From contig CABZJI010000001.1 of NCBI GenBank assembly GCA_902526045.1, forward strand, positions 529,416-593,415: a stretch of DNA of 64,000 nt, given 5' to 3'. Under the pieces are notes generated by a model. It did no database searches. It was not told where the DNA came from and saw only the letters and a program-made list of their open reading frames with translations. The translations under genes and the position numbers were made by a program. The stretch comes from an uncultured SAR86 cluster bacterium (lineage in GTDB: Bacteria > Pseudomonadota > Gammaproteobacteria > Magnimaribacterales > AG-339-G14). How positions within the stretch are numbered: position 1 is the stretch's first letter; every line of letters starts with the position of its first letter. Positions 58,877 through 64,000 of this stretch are shown piece by piece.

Positions 58877-59610
58877 TGCCAAAGATTACTTTATTGCCAC
58901 ACCCGGAGATATGCCCTGAAGGTTCAGTTGTCGAAGCTGATCCCTCAAAGTCAGTCTGTGAAAATTTATTAGATAATAATATATTCGTTGAACATGCCTG
59001 CGAGATGTCTTGTGCATGTACCACATGTCATGTTGTCGTTACCGAAGGATTTGAAACTTTAGAAGCATCATCTGATGACGAGGAAGATATGCTCGATAAA
59101 GCTTGGGGGCTAGAACAGAGATCAAGATTAAGTTGTCAACTAAGAAATCTTTCAAACGATATAACAATTGAATTTCCGCGTTATACTGTCAATATGGTTT
59201 CAGAGATACATCCAAGAAAAGAAAGCTCTGCGGTGAATGAACCGAAATCCCTTCATCAGGATGATTTCTTTGTTTCAGGCTCTGCTATAAAACACCTTTC
59301 TAAAATGATCGAATCTAATTCTGGCTCTTGTGGAATCAGAATCTCTTTAAAAGATTCTGGATGTTCTGGATTTGCATACGATCTTAACTATGTTACGGAT
59401 TCAGATCCAAGCGATTACCATGGAAATTTTTCAGGTGTAAATGTTTACATAAAAGATACAAGTCTAATCTTTTTGAGAGGAACTGAATTAGACTTTATTC
59501 AAGATGGCTTAAACCAGAATCTAGTTTTTAAAAATCCAAATGTAGAAAATGAATGCGGTTGCGGAGAAAGTTTTACTTTTTCTAATAAACCATATGCTGA
59601 ATTAAAATAG
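58876..59610 (+). CDS. single ORF fusing ISC [2Fe-2S] ferredoxin (Fdx, aa 1-112) to A-type carrier IscA (aa ~131-235)
   Basis: N-terminal half is colinear with E. coli Fdx (MPKI..LPH, CEMSCACTTCH, DMLDKAWGLE..SRLSCQ, PRYT). C-terminal half is colinear with IscA (GIRISLKDSGCSGFAY, FKNPNVENECGCGESF). An 18-aa linker joins them with no stop. Confidence 0.9.
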   Translation: MPKITLLPHPEICPEGSVVEADPSKSVCENLLDNNIFVEHACEMSCACTTCHVVVTEGFETLEASSDDEEDMLDKAWGLEQRSRLSCQLRNLSNDITIEFPRYTVNMVSEIHPRKESSAVNEPKSLHQDDFFVSGSAIKHLSKMIESNSGSCGIRISLKDSGCSGFAYDLNYVTDSDPSDYHGNFSGVNVYIKDTSLIFLRGTELDFIQDGLNQNLVFKNPNVENECGCGESFTFSNKPYAELK

Positions 59611-59629
59611 ATTTTTTATCCATATTAAA

Positions 59630-59824
59630 ATGCTTTGGACAGATATTTATGACATCGTGGATGAGCTTATCGAAAAGCATTCAGAAATCGATCCAGAGAA
59701 AATTTTATTTGTTGACCTTAGGAACTTGGTTTTAAGCCTCGAAAGTTTTTCTGATGATCCAAATAAATCAAATGAAAAGATACTAGAAGCAATTCAGTCA
59801 ACTTGGATTGAAGAAAAGGACTAA
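59630..59824 (+). CDS. iscX: Fe-S assembly protein IscX (YfhJ)
   Basis: 64 aa. LWTDIYDI...DPEKILFVDL...SFSDDPNKSNEKILEAIQSTWIEE aligns with E. coli IscX. Confidence 0.9.
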   Translation: MLWTDIYDIVDELIEKHSEIDPEKILFVDLRNLVLSLESFSDDPNKSNEKILEAIQSTWIEEKD

Positions 59825-59840
59825 TTTAAAAGGAGGAAAT

Positions 59841-60245
59841 GTGGAAAGTACTTTATGCATAATTAAGCCTGATGCTGTAAAAAATGGTCATGTTGAAGAT
59901 ATAAATAAAAAAATAGAAGAATCTGGTATAGAAATTATTAAATCTAAACGTCTTACCTTGAAAAAATATATTGCAGAAGAATTCTATGCTGAACACTCTG
60001 AGAGACCTTTCTATCCTGAGCTTGTTGATTTTATGACATCTGGAGATTGCGTTATTCAAATTTTACAAGGAGATGACGTTGTCAAAAGATATAGAGAATT
60101 AATGGGGGCAACCAACCCAGCTGAAGCAGTTGAGGGAACACTGAGACAATTATTTGCTTCATCTTTAGGTGAAAATGCAGTACATGGTTCTGATTCAAAG
60201 CAGTCTGCTGAAAGAGAGATTGCTATTATGAATAATCTTTTCTAG
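59841..60245 (+). CDS. ndk: nucleoside diphosphate kinase
   Basis: GTG 59841 follows AGGAGG (59831-59836) and gives (M)ESTLCIIKPDAV. The track start at 59808 overlaps iscX. Active-site motif NAVHGSDS. Confidence 0.93.
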   Translation: MESTLCIIKPDAVKNGHVEDINKKIEESGIEIIKSKRLTLKKYIAEEFYAEHSERPFYPELVDFMTSGDCVIQILQGDDVVKRYRELMGATNPAEAVEGTLRQLFASSLGENAVHGSDSKQSAEREIAIMNNLF

Positions 60246-60252
60246 AGGACTC

Positions 60253-61110
60253 TTGGATCCTGACATAAAAAAAATCAGATCAGAAAGAGAAATTTCTTTA
60301 AATGAGATTTCATCTAAGTTAAATATTCCAAAAAAATTTCTTCTGGCTATTGAGGGACTTGACTTTGATCAACTGCCAGCTCCAATTTTTGCAAAATCAC
60401 AGATTAATAAATACTGCTCATTTTTGGATTTAGATTCGTCGATAATTATTGATAAATACAACGAATTCTTGAAAGAACAAAATTTCTCTAACAATGATGA
60501 GAAATTTGAACCATCAGAAAGTTTTTTTTTAAATTTGATACGTTTCTTGTCTGAAAGAAGACTAACTATTCTCTCTCTAATTATTTTTTCTTTGATAACC
60601 CTGATCTTTTTAACATTCAATGGTGATGATCAAAAAAATATCTCTAACTCACCGGAAAGCAACTCTTTAGTAAAACAAGAAATTTTTGATAACGAGATGG
60701 TTACAGATAGTTTCACCGTAAAAGAAGAAAATATTGAGATTAATATGACTGAAGATCAAAAAGATTTAGAAAAAGATTTTGAAATTCCAATAATTGATAT
60801 TAATTTTAAAGAGAAAAATGAAATTATTTCAATAGAAATAGATCCAAGTGAAATTGAGATAATAGTCCAAGGAGAAAGCTGGATTGAAATTATTGATAAT
60901 GAGCAAATTTTGCTTTTCGAGCTTCTTCAAACAGGTCTTTATGAAGTAACTGGTTACGGACCATTCAAGTTTAAGATAGGACACTCTCCATCTGTAAAGA
61001 TATACTTAAATGGGAATGATATAGATTTTTCAGAAACTGTGAGTCAATATACCGATTTTGCGCATTTTTTGTACAAGGATGGAGTAGTTGTTGAACTTTT
61101 TAAAGATTAA
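60253..61110 (+). CDS. rodZ: cytoskeleton protein RodZ-like
   Basis: TTG start. N-terminal HTH-like segment, central TM ([17 protein letters not shown]), C-terminal beta domain. Conserved position before ispG. Confidence 0.7.
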   Translation: MDPDIKKIRSEREISLNEISSKLNIPKKFLLAIEGLDFDQLPAPIFAKSQINKYCSFLDLDSSIIIDKYNEFLKEQNFSNNDEKFEPSESFFLNLIRFLSERRLTILSLIIFSLITLIFLTFNGDDQKNISNSPESNSLVKQEIFDNEMVTDSFTVKEENIEINMTEDQKDLEKDFEIPIIDINFKEKNEIISIEIDPSEIEIIVQGESWIEIIDNEQILLFELLQTGLYEVTGYGPFKFKIGHSPSVKIYLNGNDIDFSETVSQYTDFAHFLYKDGVVVELFKD

Positions 61111-62200
61111 AAGAAGAGATTCTTTAAAAATCAAAGTAGGTGATGTAGAAGTTGGAGGCGATGCTCCTATAAGTGTTCAAAGCATGACGAACACCAAAAC
61201 AGAAGATGTCGAAGCAACTTTAGGTCAAGTCAGACAGCTCGAGTATGCTGGAGCTGATCTAGTAAGAATTTCCGTACCTAACGAAGAAGCTGCAAAGGCA
61301 TTTAAGAAGATAAAAAAAGATTCTAATGTGCCTCTAATTGCAGACATACATTTTGATTATAAGATGGGTATTCTGGCAGCTAAAAATGGTGCCGATTGCT
61401 TACGAATTAATCCTGGAAATATTGGAAATATTGACAGAGTAAAGGAAGTTGTTAGATGTGCAGAAGACTTAAATATCCCAATTCGAGTTGGTGTTAATGC
61501 AGGCTCCTTAGAAAAGAAACTTCAAAAGAAGTATGGAGAGCCGACACCTGATGCTCTGGTTGAATCAGCTATGGGCCATGTTGATATTTTGGAATCTTTA
61601 AACTTTCAGAATTTCAAGCTGAGCATTAAAGCTTCTGATGTGGGCATGATGATAGAGAGCTATAGGATTATTGCTGAAAAGATAAAGCAACCTTTACATC
61701 TTGGCCTTACTGAAGCAGGTGGGTTCAGATCTGGTACGGTTAAATCATCTATCGCTATGGGCGCGTTATTAATGGATGGAATAGGAGACACAATCAGGGT
61801 GTCGCTTGCATCCGATCCCGTTGACGAAATAAAAGTTGGTTTTGATTTACTAAAAAGCTTGAAGTTAAGAGCTAAGGGAATAAATTTTATAGCTTGTCCA
61901 AGCTGTTCAAGACAAAATTTCAATGTAATAGAAACTATGAATCAATTAGAAGCAAGACTTGAAGATATCCGAGAAAACATTGATGTTGCTGTAATTGGTT
62001 GTTATGTGAATGGGCCTGGTGAATCAAAGGCTGCTCATGTCGGCATAACTGGGGCAGATCCAAATAATTTGATTTATATTGATGGAGAACCTGATCATAA
62101 AATAGGGAATGAAAACCTCGTAGAGCATTTAGAAAAACAAATTAGAGATAAAATAAAATCTATCGAGATGCAGAATAAAAAAATAATTGCTAAAGGTTAG
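61088..62200 (+). CDS. ispG: 4-hydroxy-3-methylbut-2-enyl diphosphate synthase
   Basis: [22 protein letters not shown] and ACPSCSR motifs. The exact start (TTG 61088/61091) is uncertain and overlaps the rodZ end. Confidence 0.95.
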   Translation: MLNFLKIKRRDSLKIKVGDVEVGGDAPISVQSMTNTKTEDVEATLGQVRQLEYAGADLVRISVPNEEAAKAFKKIKKDSNVPLIADIHFDYKMGILAAKNGADCLRINPGNIGNIDRVKEVVRCAEDLNIPIRVGVNAGSLEKKLQKKYGEPTPDALVESAMGHVDILESLNFQNFKLSIKASDVGMMIESYRIIAEKIKQPLHLGLTEAGGFRSGTVKSSIAMGALLMDGIGDTIRVSLASDPVDEIKVGFDLLKSLKLRAKGINFIACPSCSRQNFNVIETMNQLEARLEDIRENIDVAVIGCYVNGPGESKAAHVGITGADPNNLIYIDGEPDHKIGNENLVEHLEKQIRDKIKSIEMQNKKIIAKG

Positions 62201-62203
62201 ATT

Positions 62204-63457
62204 ATGTCGAAAGTTACAAAACCTAGAGGATTCAATGATCTGGATCCTAGTGAGTTTGAGCATAAATCAAATCTACTAGATGAAATAAAAAGCATTTTTA
62301 ATAGTTATTTTTTTAGAGAGATTGAAACTCCCATAGTGGAAAAGAAAGAGCTTTTTATCAGATCTGTTGGAGAAGAAACCGACATTGTAAATAAGGAAAT
62401 GTTCACCTTTCAAGATAGGAAGGGAGATGATCTGGTTCTTAGGCCAGAGGGCACTGCAGGATGCCTAAGGTTTGCGATCGATTCAGGCTTAGTTGATTCA
62501 GGCCCAACAAAACTTTCATACGCAGGTCCTATGTTTAGGTATGAACGACCTCAAAAAGGGCGATCTAGGCAATTTTTTCAGGTAAGTGCAGAAACATTCG
62601 GAGTCAGAGGTTTTGAGGCAGATCTTGAGCTGCTGATGATGACAAATGAAATTTTTCAAAGTTTTGGGTTAGGTAATGTTTCACTAAATATCAACTCTCT
62701 TGGTGATCAAGAATCTCAAAAAAAATATTCTTCAGAGCTAAAAGAGTATTTAAGTGATTTTTCTAGCATTTTAGATGAGGATAGCTTGAAAAGACTTGAT
62801 ACTAATCCTCTTAGGATCTTAGATTCTAAAAATGAAGAAACTCAAAAGGTGATTAAAAATGCACCCAAAATATCTTCATTTTTTAGTCAAAAATCAACTG
62901 CTAATTATGAGCTGATCAAAGAAGGTCTGAGTGATTTAGGAATATCATTTAAAGAAGATGAGAGATTAGTCAGAGGCCTTGATTACTATAACGATCTAGT
63001 ATTCGAATGGACATCTTCGGATCTTGGAAGTCAAAATACCTTTTGCGGAGGCGGAAGGTATGACAGATTATCCCAACAACTTGGTGGAAGAGACTGTCCA
63101 GCTACTGGTTTTTCAATCGGTTTGGACAGACTTGCTCTGATTGCAAAAATTAAAGGATCAAATATTTCATCGTCTCTTCAAATAATCCTTACAGATGAAA
63201 GCTATGTTTCAAATGGACTAGAGCTTTCACAAAAGTTGAGGCAAGATAACAAAGATTTAAGAGTTTTATTTTCTGGCTACCAATCTTCCCTCAAAAATCA
63301 ACTAAAAAAAGCTGATAAGAATAATATCGATTTTGCGGTTATAATCGGCTCCGAAGAAGTGAGGTCTAAAAGCTATTCTTTAAAAAAATTAAAAGAGGAT
63401 GAGGATCAACTCACCCTTAAATATGATCAACTAGTTAAAGAAATAAAAAATGAATGA
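62204..63457 (+). CDS. hisS: histidyl-tRNA synthetase
   Basis: LRPEGTAGCLR, FRYERPQKGR.RQF and GGGRYD motifs. Confidence 0.96.
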   Translation: MSKVTKPRGFNDLDPSEFEHKSNLLDEIKSIFNSYFFREIETPIVEKKELFIRSVGEETDIVNKEMFTFQDRKGDDLVLRPEGTAGCLRFAIDSGLVDSGPTKLSYAGPMFRYERPQKGRSRQFFQVSAETFGVRGFEADLELLMMTNEIFQSFGLGNVSLNINSLGDQESQKKYSSELKEYLSDFSSILDEDSLKRLDTNPLRILDSKNEETQKVIKNAPKISSFFSQKSTANYELIKEGLSDLGISFKEDERLVRGLDYYNDLVFEWTSSDLGSQNTFCGGGRYDRLSQQLGGRDCPATGFSIGLDRLALIAKIKGSNISSSLQIILTDESYVSNGLELSQKLRQDNKDLRVLFSGYQSSLKNQLKKADKNNIDFAVIIGSEEVRSKSYSLKKLKEDEDQLTLKYDQLVKEIKNE

Positions 63458-64000
63458 GGATCCGTTTAGTTCATCTGCAGAGTCGAGATTATCTGGTTTT
63501 TTTGACTGGACTAGGTCTAATGCAATATCAATATCTCTTGTTTTAGCTCTGTTAGTAGGATCATTTTTTATCTACCTTTACTTTCAAAATAAAAAAGAAG
63601 AGAAATTATCTGAAGCTTTTGAAGCTTATCAAAGTATCATTGAATCTTTTAATAATGCGGAATCAACATTAGAAGACTTTATGAGGCAAATGGATTCAGC
63701 ACAACCCAGTATTGAAAAAACAGTTTACGAGACGGCATCTGATCTTTTAATTGCCAAGAAAGCATTTGAGGAAGCCAATCTTGATTTAGCGAAAAGAAAA
63801 CTCACTAAGATAGTCACCACTGCGGATAACTCCAATAATCCTCTCCATGATATTGCAGTAATAAGATTAGGATATATTTTGATCCAGGAAAGGAATTTTG
63901 AGAAAGCCAGGGAAAATTTAGGTTCAAAATTAGATTTTTATGAACCGAAGAGACTTGAATTGCTTGGAGATATAGAAAGTTTTGAGAAATCATTCGACGC
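63450..64000 (+). CDS. yfgM: YfgM-like membrane-anchored TPR protein, 3' end cut by window edge
   Basis: ATG 63450 overlaps the hisS end. The frame is open to the window edge, so it is absent from the ORF track. TM ISISLVLALLVGSFFIYLYF followed by a helical/TPR-like region. hisS-yfgM order as in E. coli. Confidence 0.7.
   Translation, partial: MNEDPFSSSAESRLSGFFDWTRSNAISISLVLALLVGSFFIYLYFQNKKEEKLSEAFEAYQSIIESFNNAESTLEDFMRQMDSAQPSIEKTVYETASDLLIAKKAFEEANLDLAKRKLTKIVTTADNSNNPLHDIAVIRLGYILIQERNFEKARENLGSKLDFYEPKRLELLGDIESFEKSFD

Overview
AT-rich (about one-third G+C by eye), extremely gene-dense chromosomal segment. Gene order tracks core Pseudomonas/E. coli-type synteny blocks, so this looks like a genome-streamlined gammaproteobacterium. 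A marine SAR86-like lineage is only a guess. All calls come from reading the supplied ORF translations and the DNA by eye against remembered family motifs; no searches were run. I count about 72 protein genes, one RNase P RNA and one tRNA-Lys. There is no CRISPR array, no intact IS/transposase or prophage, and no rRNA. Blocks in order: hisD | PDZ-less DegS-like protease | rplM-rpsI-petABC-sspA | LpoA-like/rsmI-rnpB | rearranged dcw cluster | rpsF-rpsR-rplI-dnaB-alr | orphan di-iron protein | pyrG-kdsA-eno-ftsB-ispD-ispF-surE-pcm | small secreted protein, fdxA, pncC, recA | proS | fmdB-aspS-yebC-[PD-(D/E)xK nuclease]-ybgC-tolQRAB-pal-cpoB-tRNA-Lys | crcB-hinT | bepA/perM/bcp/dapA-bamC-purC | TPP enzyme + acylating aldehyde dehydrogenase | remodelled isc operon | ndk-rodZ-ispG-hisS-yfgM. 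Intergenic space is minimal: many ATGA/TAATG overlaps, convergent genes sharing stop codons, and divergent genes 3 bp apart. The interest lies in what has replaced or remodelled conserved modules. (1) An Hjc/VRR-NUC-like PD-(D/E)xK nuclease sits exactly where ruvC-ruvA-ruvB normally lie. (2) The isc operon lacks iscR, hscB and hscA. It carries an integrase-arm-like N-terminus fused to IscS, an Fdx-IscA fusion ORF, and a cluster of TGTACCTT repeats around the iscS start. (3) In the dcw cluster, ftsQ-ftsA-ftsZ is transplanted between ftsL and ftsI. A strong terminator-like palindrome lies inside the first codons of ftsI, and murG has no canonical start codon. (4) Several proteins have lost domains: ProRS lacks the INS editing domain, DegS lacks PDZ, and FtsQ is truncated. 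(5) Two modules have unclear roles: an orphan di-iron protein, and an AlsS-like TPP enzyme paired with a CoA-acylating ALDH.
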